A DNA stretch of 64,000 bases, from NCBI GenBank assembly GCA_012295275.1, contig CM022678.1, positions 7,564,001-7,628,000 of the forward strand, read 5' to 3'. Made by a program: the position numbers and the translations under genes. This stretch comes from Chrysomallon squamiferum (lineage: Eukaryota; Animalia; Mollusca). The notes below the pieces were generated by a model. The model ran no database searches. It had not been told where the DNA came from and saw only the letters and a program-made list of their open reading frames with translations. Shown here one piece after another: positions 35,615 to 49,445 of this stretch (positions are counted from its first letter, which is position 1; every line of letters starts with the position of its first letter).

Positions 35615-36660
35615 TTTTATAGTATTATATTATACGCTTGGATTTTTCAAAAGAAACAAAAATTAAAGGAAAGCAACATGAAATGACAGTGAGTAAAGTT
35701 TAGCGTGTGACAAAAATAAGAAAATCAATGACTTTCCTCTATAAAATATGCAGCCGTTCAACTTTTCCTTTTTAGTATTTTTTCTTTATTTCTTTATTTC
35801 TTTGTTTATTTTATTTTTTTTTTTTTTTTTTTTATTCTGGGTAAGTAATCCTACCGGAATTGAAAACGATAAACAATTGCAAATACAGGGTTATAGAGTT
35901 ATCTTCCATGATAACTAGTTCCGTTAACCAACCGATAATATTTTAGGTAACGCTCAAAAAGTTCGCTAAATGTTTTCGTTGGCTTCTCTTTAGCCAATTA
36001 AAGTGGAATTAAAAAGGAAAAACAATAGCAAACAATTAGCTACAGAGTTATCTCCTATGATAACTTGTTCCGTTAACCAACCGATAATCCTTTAACTTAG
36101 TGTTTATAAATATATTTACTTAATATAATTGTAAAAGAAAAAATTATGATTATTAAATACGCTATTTGGGTTAATATAATCAAAACAAGATAAATAAAAA
36201 TTATCCTCATCAATAGAAATTTGTTTTTCCATTATGATAATGCTAGCTTAGTAGATAAAATTTTATAACTGGAAACAAAATAATTTGTAATATTTATTTC
36301 AACACAAATACGTTTTATATGAAAAATATAATTTTAGAAAAAACTTCTAAAAATTATAAGATTTCTGATTTATCCAGTAAAACTATCTTAATAAAATATA
36401 ATAAATAAAAAAGAATACCATGAATTTATTTTACAAAAAATGTTTTAAATTGATATGTAATTTGACAGATAAAGTAACCTGCAAATTACTAATTAAATAA
36501 ATTTATAATTTCTGATTTTATCTTCGAAACAAATACATGCATATGTAGGTTTACACATTTCCTTCCATTTTGTATTTTATTAAAATACTTTTACTGGGTA
36601 AATCTTTACAAGTCTTGGTATTTTATATTTGGGTTATATGATTAAGTAGATTATTCTTTC

Positions 36661-36691
<31 letters not shown>

Positions 36692-37267
36692 AACCTCGAT
36701 ACAAGAGATATATTTAAAAATAATAATAAAAAAAAAAAAAAACAAATAAAACATCTTCCTTGAAATAAACATTTTATTATAAAACATTTTTTAATTATTT
36801 TTTAGCCAAGTAATCAATGATTTCTAAGATCAATACTATTCATCGTCTTTTCAAATTTGTATCATAAGAATTAATATCATGTTTTTCACCACTGTTTGAA
36901 ATACACTTTGAAATCATCATCATTTTCCCTATCATGTATTGTCTGAATGTTTTTATTTTTCTCATTTGAAATATTTGTATCATTCGAAATATTTGTTTTT
37001 GTATAAAACTGCTGCAGACTTGACTGTACTTGGTGCTGTGTCTGGTCAAACATTTTTCTCACTGCTGTGACTGACTGAAAAAAGAGGCAGAACTGAATCC
37101 AGCATCTGTTTCATGATTTCTGAATCAGTCTGGCATCAACTATCAAAACTTTGATAGCATCAACTCAAATCTTCATCAAACTTGGCCACAGATTTTAATT
37201 TCTGCTTTCACATGTCTGTGCACTGAACTCCATCAAACCATCCTATAAATAATAATAATAATAATAA

Positions 37268-37298
<31 letters not shown>

Positions 37299-37326
37299 AA
37301 GAAGAAGAAGAAGAAGAAGAAGAAAG

Positions 37327-37369
<43 letters not shown>

Positions 37370-39487
37370 GTAATAATTGTGATATTAGCAACAAGAATAG
37401 TAATTACAATAATAATAGTTTACTGTTCTAATGTTAATCATAATAATAACTTTTATTACAATAAACAGTAAAATAATAATATTATAATAACATGAAAAAA
37501 TTGTATTGTTTTAAATTCTTGAATATTTAACTGTCAAGAATACCTGTAATCTTGTAACATGATGATGGAAGGAGAAGAATTAATTCAGAAAGAAATAATT
37601 TTTGAAAAATAATTTAAATATAATTTTTGTTTTAACATTTAAAATTATTTTAAATATCTTTTAATAAAATACTGAAACAGCAACAAAATAAATATAACAT
37701 TAACATCAATGATGTCAGGTTGTTTCACAAAAACACTTCTATCAGAGGCATGCACTAACATACACACATTAAATATACATACATACAGACAGAGCGAGTT
37801 AATTTATTTACTGAGCATCTACAAACATAGATCATGCCAGCAAAAAAATGACTTTCTTGATCCAACAATTCTCTTACGTGAAGGATTCAGATTAAGGCTT
37901 GTAGACTTTTTACTGTTAGGACTAATATTAATTTACTGCTTCAAAACTTCCTTATCTACATTATGCATCAGTTTGATAAGTCCTTCCATCAACACTCTAC
38001 CAGCCACCCAGAACAAAGTTTCTCTTGTGAGATCTTTTCCAGATGAGCTTTGTCTTAGCAGTGAAAATTATATAAAAATCAAAAATATTGTTCCCAAGAT
38101 ATTAGTGACTGGACATTCTAACTTTCCATAATGAGTTTCTTGTAAAACAATTAAATGACAATGATGATTATTTAAACATTTTCCATACCAACAACTATAC
38201 CATATTAATAGGATCAGTAAAAAATGTCCTGATGTTTGAAGACAGTATCTATTCTGTTTTTGTACAACAGTTTATTTTAAAAAGAAATTCACAAAATATT
38301 AATTTTTGACTGAATGTATTAAACTAGAAATACCTGATTAAACAGAAGTAATTTAATACTTATCAAACAACATAAAAACATAAAATTATAAAATGAGATG
38401 TTGGTTGAGAAGAAAAGACATCACCACAATTTAAAGTCTTCAGCTGTATTTTTCTGTATTTTTGATCACATTAAAACATTTCAGTATACATAAAATAATC
38501 TCGTTAATGCTTCAACATTTTCAGAATTATTATCATTTAAAATATTTTCTTATTCTGCAGAATTCCAAGCTTTCACAAAAATCTATGCTTGTTGCTGAAA
38601 GTTAGTTTGAAAAATCTGTGCACTCTTTTGACTTCTTTACATGATGTGCTGGTATTGAGGAATGAGAGGAAGTCTGTCATACAATCTACAGTTTACTGCC
38701 CTTTATCTTAATTTCATTACAAAAACTACACAATGTGATATCTGACTCATATCATCCTGGCTAGTTACATTTGATGTTATTAAAAAATTAACATACTATT
38801 GTACTATTTAATTTCTTATTATTTAAAAAATGATGATTATTATAAATAATCAAAAGATGTGATGATAAAAAGAACTGTCAGTGTGTAAAATAAAGTTTAA
38901 GTTTGTGAATTAATAAAAGAAAGAAACAAAACTCAGATGAACTGGTCACCTGTAGACTGCACACACAACACACCAGCTCTGCATGTCAGAGTACAAGTCT
39001 GGAAAATTCTCCCTCATCTTCTACCATTAGCACTTGTGTGACCTTTTTCTCTTTTCTAAAAGTGTGAAAATGTTTTGAGAACAAAATGAAATAAAACTTT
39101 AGTTAGTTTCTGTTGTTTAGTTTTGTTTTTTTCCTTTTCTCTTTTTCTAAAAATTGTTTTTTGGAACAAAATGAAATTTAAACACACACAAAATTTTTTT
39201 TCTTTGTTAACTTTCTTTATTTTTTCTGTGTGTGTGAGTTGTTTCCCTTTACCATGATAAACACATTATTTTGATTATGTACAAGAAGTTTCAAACTTAA
39301 AAAAGTGTGTTAAATACTGCAACTTTTTATCCTACATTAATTAATAGTTTTACATTAAAGGGAAGTGCAAAAGGTTAATTATAAAATTGTTTACTTCCTC
39401 AAAAATAAAGAACTAAAATGACTTACTTTCATTTCCAAACAAACAAAATATTTTTTTTTTTTCTAAAACTTTATAGAGCTGTCCCAC

Positions 39488-40885
39488 AATTAACTATTGA
39501 CTCTAAAACCCAATATATTATAATTTAGAAAATTCACTTTTCTTTAGAAAAACCAAGTTACTGTCATGAACATGATTAAAAACTAATTCTATGCTTGGAT
39601 ATCTATACCCTTTTAAATGAGGTAATAACAATAACAAAAAATAATAAAAATAAATAGCCATTTATTATATTTTATTTTAAAACTATTTTAAAAACGAATA
39701 TTTACAAAATAAAACATTCAGATGAAATGCTGCATCATCATTTTACTGTTACTGTTATCTCTTCTCAGTTTGTAGAATAACATTAAAACCATTTTTCTGA
39801 ATGACTTTTCCATTTTTGACTCATCTAAATCAAATACAACAAGGTGTAACAAAAGGGCAGTACCTGATGTTCATCAAACAACATAAAAACATAAAATGAG
39901 ATGTTGGTTGGTACTAAAACTACACAATGTGATTTATTTTGGAGTAACATATAATTGTTATATTCAAGATTGTACCTTTACTTATATACTCACACAAACA
40001 CCTACGTACTTGTACACCCTACTAAGTATTTTTAAGTCCAAGCAACAAACACCTCAACTAGTTGCAGCAGACTGAATAATTAAGAATATAACTGAAACTA
40101 TTGTTCTCTGCAGTTATCTGAACCATGTGTTTAATTTCATTTGTTTTTGTTATCCTACGTGTTGTGACAATTTCCCATCTAATACTCAAGGTGAGTACAT
40201 AGTTCACTGACTTCCCACCTACGAAATATGCCAAACAAACCCTCATGTTTTCAGTAACATTAAAATATTTTTCATTTCTATGTGAAGTGATTACCCAAAT
40301 GTTCCCAATATGCATTGGCTGGATATCGATGGAAGTATAACAAATTTCCCAGACGTCTGCAATTGGAACAGTTAATAACTGAACAACAGTTTACAAGTAG
40401 GGCTATTTTGGTGAGACCTCGCAATTTGCATCCTCGAATTACCCAGCAACAGGCACATTTGCACTGAAAGGAGAAATATCTCAATTAATAGTTGACTATA
40501 AAACCCAATATATTATAATTTAGAACATTCAATATATTATAATTGGGAAAATTCACTTTTCTTTTGAAAAGCAAGTTACTGTCATGAACACAATTAAAAA
40601 CTAATTCTTTGCTTGGACAGGTATACCCTTTTAAATGAGATAATAAGAATAACAAAGAAATAATAAAAATAAATAGCCATTTATAATATTTTATGTTAAA
40701 ACTATTTTTAAAATCTGTATTTTCAAAATACAACATTCATAAATGTTGTGTCACCAGATGAATTGCTGCTATCATTTTACTGTTACTGACTGTTATCTTT
40801 GTCAATAGAATAACATTAAAACCATTTTTCTCAAGAATCTACATCAAATACAACAAGGTGTAACAAAAAGGGCAGTACCTGATGT
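39488..40885. repeat. Direct duplication of about 390 bp (39488-39870 and 40483-40885)
   Basis: Shared blocks AAAACCCAATATATTATAATTTAGAA, GTTACTGTCATGAACA and CAAATACAACAAGGTGTAACAAAA(A)GGGCAGTACCTGATGT. Confidence 0.9.
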
Positions 40886-43313
40886 AAATGGAGATTTTCT
40901 ATCAGAGCTGGGATCCTTCCTCCAGTTTGTTCAGATTGTAGTCAGCCAATGTTTCACCAGAAATCTTCACAGTCAGGTAGACTTGTAGTGTCTCACACCA
41001 GAGAACTGTGAAATTACAAAAATATGTGATATACGGAAATTTAAAAAACAATCACATTTAGCTATCATCACAGAAGCCATAGAACAAATGTTTATAATAA
41101 TAATAATAAAATAAAAATAATAATGAAAAACAGATAAATAAATTATATTAATAATAATGATGACAGTAACAAGAAAAACAATAAACTGCAATAATAAAAA
41201 ATAAGTAATCCATTTAATGAAGGACCATGTCTAATAATAATGGTTTATCATGATTTTATCTTTTCATTTTTCATTATTTTCCCCATTCCTTGACTATTGT
41301 AGGCTACGTAATTATTGAATTCCTTATAAATGTTACACTAAAGTAAAACTTTTGCCACACACTAGAGGAAAGTGGTTTCAGCTGTTTTTCAGATAATCCT
41401 CAAAGTTCCTACTTGATAAAACAAAATTGGCATCTATGAAAAGAAAAAATCAGAAAAAAAAAAATTGTATCTGATCATTCTTTGAATCTAAATTTTATAT
41501 CAAACAACATTTATAATTAAAATAAACTAGGCATCTGTGATACTTAAGGATTGTCATTCTTATAAACTAAATAAAAATAAAAATACAAAAAACAAAAAAC
41601 AAATACAACTAACCTCTGAATCCAGTGAAAATGCAGGTGACATCACATCACCAATAGCCGATCAAAATGCTGAAGAAGGATTTCCACTTTCAGTAACAAG
41701 CAATCACAGTTTCTGAAACACTGAACATAGAAAAAACTGAGTTGTATAAGTGTATAACAAAATACATGCATAAAAATACAATAAATGGTTATAGTTAAAA
41801 ACTTTTATCTAATTATATATTTCTCTACATTAAATATTTAAATAAACCTTTTTAACAATAAAAAAAATAAATTTACTCACTTCAGGACAATTATCTCTCT
41901 ATTAATTGAAATTTTAGAGATCATACATTACTTTACTTATCATATTACAGAAACACAGACCAGGAAATTGTAATGCTGTGTAAATGAATAAATATTCATA
42001 TTATTTAATGTATCAATACATTTTCTTTGTGGAAATCTTTTACATAACCCCAGTTCGAAATCAAGTTCAGATTATTTGCATATATTGGATGCATCATGAA
42101 TATTCATAACTATATTGCAAAATAAATCAGTTTAAAAAACTATTTTAATTATCAAGTTATGAACTAAGCCAAGTAAAAATATCTGAAACATTTCAACATT
42201 CTGAATATAACAATATCTGTGTCTTAATCTTATATGTGGCTCTTACTACAGAAATGGGGTTTATGGTTTTTCTGACAAGCCTAGATCCAGTTTCTTCAGT
42301 ACACTCCTGTACCTCATCATGCAGCTTGAGGACTTTGTAAGCTACTTAAACACTGCAAACTCTGATCAGACTGTGTGAATGTACACTCTGATCTGCATCT
42401 ACAATGGTAAGCCCTGTTTCTGCAGTCAGAACCACACATAACAATAACAACCCATTCCTCCAGTTAAAAGACACAACTGATTCATACATTTGTCAATGCA
42501 CAGCCAACTTCTGATCAAAGTGTTTTCTGAATTCTAGAGGCACTGTTTCTTAGGATTAATGTAAACATCAAGGTTAATGTAAAATAGTATATGTCCTTGA
42601 CCCTCACCCTGACCTTGACCTACATAATTTTCAGTTATCCTTGTGTTAGTGGAGTATCAGACACTGAAATCACACTTACTGGTTCATCTGGTGTTGAGAT
42701 TCAGAGAAATAGTGGCTTCCAGTTATCTCCCCTTGACTGGAAATACATCAGCTGTGATGTTTGAGGAGGTTTCCTAGGCTTTGTTGGAGATGTTGTCCTC
42801 TTTCTGGGAGTCTCGTCTCTTTCCTCTGCTTTTCAATGATTTAAGTGTTTTTCTTTGGCTGGTTTTAGCTCAGCTGACATTAAAGGTTCAAGTTTTTCTC
42901 CATGATCACTGACATTCGACTGTTGAGATTGGTCACCTGGTGTGACACTCTTCAACTTCTTGCTGTCAGAATCGTTGTAGTTGAACATGGTTGGCTGCAG
43001 TGTCTGTGGGGCTCAAGGTCACCAACATTGAGCTGATCATCGGCAAAACTTTGACTCAACATTAACCAAGAAAGTGGACAACTCGCTGGTCTGATTCTGA
43101 TTGGTGGGTGCCTCATCTGAGTAGATAAATAAATAAATAAACAAATCAATCAATCAATAAAATACTGAATCAAATATTAAATAAATTAAAAAAAACAAAC
43201 AGACATAGAATATTAAATAAAGAATTAATCAGTTTTCTTTCTTTTTTCCCCAATTCAACAAAGAAATCTATTATTTTATAATTACCACAACAAAAACAAC
43301 AACTACTACAACT

Positions 43314-43945
43314 ACTACAATTACTTTACTTATTATTATGGACTCTGCTAAGTTATCAAGCTATTTGTATACTACAATTACTTTACTTATTATTATGGAC
43401 TCTGCTAAGTTATCAAGCTATTTGTATACTACAATTACTTTACTTATTATTATGGACTCTGCTAAGTTATCAAGCTATTTGTATACGACAATTACTTTAC
43501 TTATTATTATAGACTCTACTTGCTAAGTTATCAAGCTATTTGTATACTACAATTACTTTACTTATTATTATGGACTCTGCTAAGTTATCAAGCTATTTGT
43601 ATACTACAATTACTTTACTTATTATTATAGACTCTACTTGCTAAGTTATCAAGCTATTTGTATACTACAATTACTTTACTTATTATTATGGACCCTACTT
43701 GCTAAGTTATCAAGCTATTTGAATACTACAATTACTTTACTTATTATTATGGACTTTCCTTGCTAAGTTATCAAGCTATTTGAATACTACAATTACTTTA
43801 CTTATTATTATGGACTCTCCTTGCTAAGTTATCAAGCTATTTGTATACTACAATTACTTTACTTATTATTATGGATTCTCCTTGCTAAGTTATCAAGCTA
43901 TTTGTATACTACAATTACTTTACTTATTATTATGGACTCTCCTTG
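43314..43945. repeat. 57/61-bp minisatellite, about 11 copies
   Basis: Unit ACTACAATTACTTTACTTATTATTATGGACTCT(ACTT)GCTAAGTTATCAAGCTATTTGTAT; near-identical copies with no spacers. Confidence 0.95.
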
Positions 43946-44779
43946 CACTAATCTGCTTTTCTTACTTTTATTATTGAGAATATATTACCAATAGAAAAAC
44001 TAAGAAGAATGTAAATGAATCAGATTAGTTAATGTGTGAGCTTTTCATACCAGTTTTTTGATAAACTTCTGTTTCTGTTCTGCTGTCTGTGTGTGTCCCA
44101 TTCTGATGTTTAGATAACAACACTTTTCTGATTTGTGGTATGTGTCTGAAAAAGTAAAAACAAAGATAATTTCATTTTTTAGTTTTTTTATTAGTAACAT
44201 TATTTAGTGTTAAATGTATATAAATGCCATTTACTGATACAAATGAATGTTTATGAAAAATCAGTATCTTTTAAACATGTGTCATTATAACATGATTATT
44301 GATAAACACAAATTCTTTTAAAATGCAACAAATCTGAAATAAAGAAGAAATATTTTATTTAAGAACATACACCACGTGTTTTTTTACTACTTCTTTGTAT
44401 CTTAAAAGGTAAATAATGATACAGCTAATGAAGTGACACCTTTTCTGAAAAGCAACTAAACATATATTTCTAATATATATCTTTCCACAGACAAAAAAAA
44501 AAAAAAGAAAAAAAATCATTTACTATGATATATCACACATCAGCAGCTAGATTGGGAAATAACATTACTAGTCCTCCATGAGGACTGATCCTGGAACCTT
44601 TATCATAAAAGGTAAATAACAATACAGCTAATGAAAAAGAAAAGCTGTTTGTGCAATAGGAAGTGACATCTTTTTTAAACAAGCCACTAAAAATCTATTT
44701 TTAGTACACGTCTTTCCACAGAAAACCCCCCAGATAAAACCAACAACATATATATTTTCTTAGGTATATCAGGCACAGA

Positions 44780-44979
44780 NNNNNNNNNNNNNNNNNNNNN
44801 NNNNNNNNNNNNNNNNNNNNNNNNNNNNNNNNNNNNNNNNNNNNNNNNNNNNNNNNNNNNNNNNNNNNNNNNNNNNNNNNNNNNNNNNNNNNNNNNNNNN
44901 NNNNNNNNNNNNNNNNNNNNNNNNNNNNNNNNNNNNNNNNNNNNNNNNNNNNNNNNNNNNNNNNNNNNNNNNNNNNNNN
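44780..44979. other. Assembly gap (200 N)
   Basis: Run of N. Confidence 0.99.
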
Positions 44980-46855
44980 CAGGCAAACAGATCAAGGAAG
45001 GATGAAGTTGTCTTTGTCCTCCCAGTACTGGTCAGTTGTATTTGACAATGTGTTTAGTTTTGAAAACTGTACATTCACTTTAGTGTGAACACTGTCAGTG
45101 TATATTAAAAGAGAGTCACATTTTGTTGGATTGTTCTTATTTACAATCATCTAAACATCAGCTTTTTCAAACTACTGGCTTATCTTGATTGTTTTATCAC
45201 TTTATTCTATATACATAATGAACTGCTTCTAATTAGTTCTCAGTAGATGTGGATTTCACTCAACATAAAGTGTTGTTTATGCACATCAGGATCCACAGAA
45301 CTCAGTGAAAATTTACATGAAGCATGTAATAAAGGTCAGTAAGTCACTGTACATCTTGTTGAAACTTAGAATATTTATTTGTCAAAACAGATTATTTTTC
45401 TGTTCTTATTACCATTACCTTTTAATTTAATTGATTTTATAATGGTTTTTTAAACCTTTTTTTATTAACTATTTACACTTTTTAAAATGTAAATATTTGT
45501 CATTTTATTTTAAAGAGTAATTAGTGATATTTAGAGGTTGTTAAAGGTACAAATAGTGAGAGCGAGTGTGTGAGATACTGGTTTGTCTTCAGACATCTTA
45601 TAAAGTACACACAAACACACACTATGCTATCACACAGTTAGAACTAAATGTTTTATATATCAATATATCATCATGTCATTAATCACATTTCTGCCCATCC
45701 AACTACATGTGCTTCTGTTCATTTATTCTTTCAATCATCCAGCATTTATCACATCAAGTGAGCTATTCTATTTGGATATTATGTGAATGTATCATCCCTC
45801 CCTATCTCTAACCAGGCTAACCATTTTACTTCATCCATTTATATCTCTTATTCATCATCCATCCATCTTTCTGTCCCATACTTCCACACGTATACATGAA
45901 TCCAGTGATTGATCTAAGCACAAAGAATCTATTTTTTTTTTTATCACAATCACATCAAGCTGAAACTTGGAGTTTGTCACAAATGTTGTCACCCTGTGAT
46001 TGAAACAGACTCCTGCACTTGTCCAGACTGCTTATTTGTATATATATAAAAAAAAAAATTAATAAAAAATAAAAAAATGAATGAATAAATGTATAATTAA
46101 ATAAATAAAAGCAAATAAATAAATAAATACAAAAGAATAAATGTATAAATAAATAAATAAAAACAAATAAAGAAATAAAGAAAAATAAAGAAAGAAAGAA
46201 AAATGAATAAATGTATAAATAAATAAATAAAATAAATAAATAAACAAATAAATAAATAATTACAATGATAAGGACAGGCCAGGAGTTGGTTTGTTTAGCT
46301 TGGAAACAGGATATTTGAGCTGAACACAAAGAGTGTTTAATAAACAAGTGTTTAGCAGGTTGATAATCAACAACTCCACCCAGTGTTTCATAGACAAATA
46401 ACACACACACACACATACATATACACACATACATACACATACACAAACAACACACAAATACACACACATACATACATACACAAATGCACACACACATGCA
46501 CACACACATGCGTTCAGACACATACATACACACATACATACATACACATACATACATACATGCATACAGACACATACATACACACATACATAAAAACATA
46601 CAGACACATACATACATACACAAACAACACTCACACAGATGCATTTTTATTCTCAGATGATCTGTACAGACTACAAACTAATCAGTGTTTCAGTGTAAAT
46701 TAACACTGCATGTCTCTCTATACACCAACTTAAACTACTAAGTCAAAGGTTACCATTCATTTAACATTCTTAATAAAAAAAGGCTTTTAATCTGGAAACC
46801 CTTTCTGTATTTTTTCTATTTATACTCACTATGCCTAGTCAAAGACTGTCATTAC

Positions 46856-46900
<45 letters not shown>

Positions 46901-46951
46901 GCAATAATAGTAACAGTAATAATAATAATAATAATAGTAATAATAATAATA

Positions 46952-46982
<31 letters not shown>

Positions 46983-47809
46983 ACATAATAATAATAGCAA
47001 TAATAGAATAGCAATAATAAAAATAATAATATAATAATGATATAATAATAATAATAAGAGTAATAGTAATAATAATTGCAATAGAAGTAGTAATAATAAT
47101 GACATCAATAATAATAATAATAGTAATAATAATAATGATAATAACAATTGTCTTTTTCTATGCATTAAAATGAGTTTCAAACTACCAAGTAAAGAGGTGC
47201 ACATACATATGCATACACACACACATGACCACAAACACTTAGATACTTTTAATTCATGACTTTGTTATTTAACAACAAAATGAATTAACGTTTGCTAGTA
47301 TAAGAAATGAAACATTCAGATATTCTGATTTTTTTCTTCTTTAATATGTAAACATAATAAAAAAAATTATAAAAAATTTAATATAAATACATTACACAGA
47401 AATTTGTAAGAGCCCCCCACATAAAAAAATAAAAAATAAAAGAAAATAAAAGAAAAAGTAAAGTTTTGGAGAGATACAATATATTTGTTATCATTCCAGG
47501 AAGGGCCTCTATGGAACTTTAATCCATAATGTATCAAAGAATTTGTATTACATTTTAGAATGAACAAGAATTATTATTTGTTTCTCACTTTTAATACAAC
47601 AAAAGACAAATATTGAATAATAATATATCTTGTAATATACATATAAAGTTGTATAAAGAGGAACCAATATAAACATGTAGGTATGTTCCAAGAACACTAT
47701 ATTTCAACTTGCATCTGTTAATATGTGATAAATAATTAAAACATAAACAAAATATTTACAGTGGATTCTATAAAAACAGGACTGTTGGGTAATGCCATTT
47801 TAGACTGCA

Positions 47810-48095
47810 CACTTATAAAGATTAAAACAAATGGAATATTCTTATTACAAATGTTACAGTCAAGGTTTTAGACTTATTGCAGAGCTATAAAGATTAAAAT
47901 AGTATAAAACTGGAATATTTTTTTAGTTACAAATGTTAAGATTTTAGACATATTGCAGATTTATAAAGATTAAAATATCATAAAATTGGAATATTTTTTT
48001 ATTACAAATGTTAAGGTTTTAGAGATATTGCAGATTTATAAAGATTAAAATAACATAAAATTGGAATATTTTTTATTACAAATGTTACAGTTAAG
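47810..48095. repeat. Tandem repeat, about 75 bp x4
   Basis: TATAAAGATTAAAA...TGGAATATT...TTACAAATGTTA recurs four times. Confidence 0.85.
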
Positions 48096-48136
48096 GGCCT
48101 TTCAAGTCTTAGCAGAGATATAGTAAGGCACTGATG

Positions 48137-48186
<50 letters not shown>

Positions 48187-48719
48187 GTTTTTTTTATATA
48201 CAGGAAATTGCCCTGACCTGCAACCATTTTTATGAATTACTATAACTTTTCTTAGAATTCCAGGTTTTCAAGATTAGTTCCAAAACAGAAAATTGAAAAT
48301 GATTTCCAATGAAGAAATTTAAAAAAAAAAAAAATTAAATCATTAAAAAGAAATAAAAGAGAATAATTAAGGTATGTTTCTTCTACTTTTCTGTGATTTG
48401 AACAATTAAGCAATTAAAATGTGACTGAAATTTAACAAATAGTTACATAGTAAACATTTTTTATATAATTGTTATTATTTTTAAAATATTTAAATAATTC
48501 TCATTGTTACTGCAATAAGAAATATAACAAAAAATGTATCATTAAGTTCCATTCAAAAGAAAAAAGAGAAAGAACACTGAAATAATTTACTTTTCATATC
48601 TAAAAATAAAATACAAGCAGAATAATTTTTCATACAGAAAAGATGATAAAATGAGAAACACAGATATTTACAATCAGACATAGTATTTTCATGTATATCT
48701 TCAAATGTCTATCATAAAT

Positions 48720-49445
48720 GACTTCTAATTATCCCTAATTACATAAATTTAAACATATTTATACAATGATTACCGCCAACAACCCTTGGTTTACCCTGAT
48801 TTAAATATGATAAGGAAAAAATGAGGGTTTGGGGGGGGGTTTATTAAAAAAATTCTAATTACATAATCTTCAGTTATATTTACATGGATTACCCCCAGCA
48901 AACCCTTGATTTTTCCCCCCTCATTTAAATAATAAACAAAAACAAAATAATGTTGTTGTTTTTTTTTTTTTTTTATAAAAAATTCTAATTACCCTAATTA
49001 CATAATTTTAAATATATTAAACCCTTGATTTTCCCCGATTTAAATAATATTATTTTTTGGTGAGTTTCTTTTTTTATAAAAAATTCTAATTCCCATAATT
49101 ACCATAATTTTAAATATATTTAGATTGATAACCCCCAGCAAACCCTTGATTTTCCCCTGATTTAAGAAAAAAGAAAACAAAAGTTATATTGCTGTTTGGT
49201 TTTTTTGTTTTAATTATAAAAAAATTGTAATTAACCCTAATTACATAATTTTAAATATATTAAACCCTTGACTTTCCTCAATTTAAATAATATGAGAAAG
49301 AAAGATAAAATAATTTTTTTTGTTTTTTGTAAAAAAAATTGTTGGTGCTTATTTTTATAAAAAAAAATTCTATGTGTATATAATTTTAAATATATTTACA
49401 TTGATCATCCCAGCAAACCCTTCATTTTCACCGATTTAAATAATA
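48720..49445. repeat. Degenerate tandem repeat, about 120 bp x6
   Basis: AAACCCTTGATTTT..GATTTAA and AAAAATTCTAATT..ACATAATTTTAAATATATT recur at about 120-bp spacing. Confidence 0.85.

Larger units (their letters stand above)
34483..44146 (-). pseudogene. Decayed multi-exon gene fragment (unidentified low-complexity protein)
   Basis: Higher-complexity blocks bounded by AG/GT on the minus strand (e.g. 43116-42680, 34748-34483, about 38138-37812); the frames I read contain stops or frameshifts. The 43116 exon is paralogous to the 51923 exon. Confidence 0.5.

Noticed and set aside
42680-43116. Frames in which every stop is TGA (selenoprotein, readthrough or alternative code idea)
   Set aside because: Comparison with the paralogous exon at 51923 shows the conserved frame is a different one. 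The TGAs are off-frame NNT-GAN products of D/E-rich sequence, and other blocks contain TAA or TAG stops.
43314-43945. Regular repeat array resembling CRISPR
   Set aside because: Units are contiguous and near-identical with no unique spacers, the context is eukaryotic and there are no cas genes. The same applies to 18764-19075.
44980-45333. Exon-like blocks with GT/AG boundaries just right of the gap
   Set aside because: Short, frame ambiguous, no recognisable product.
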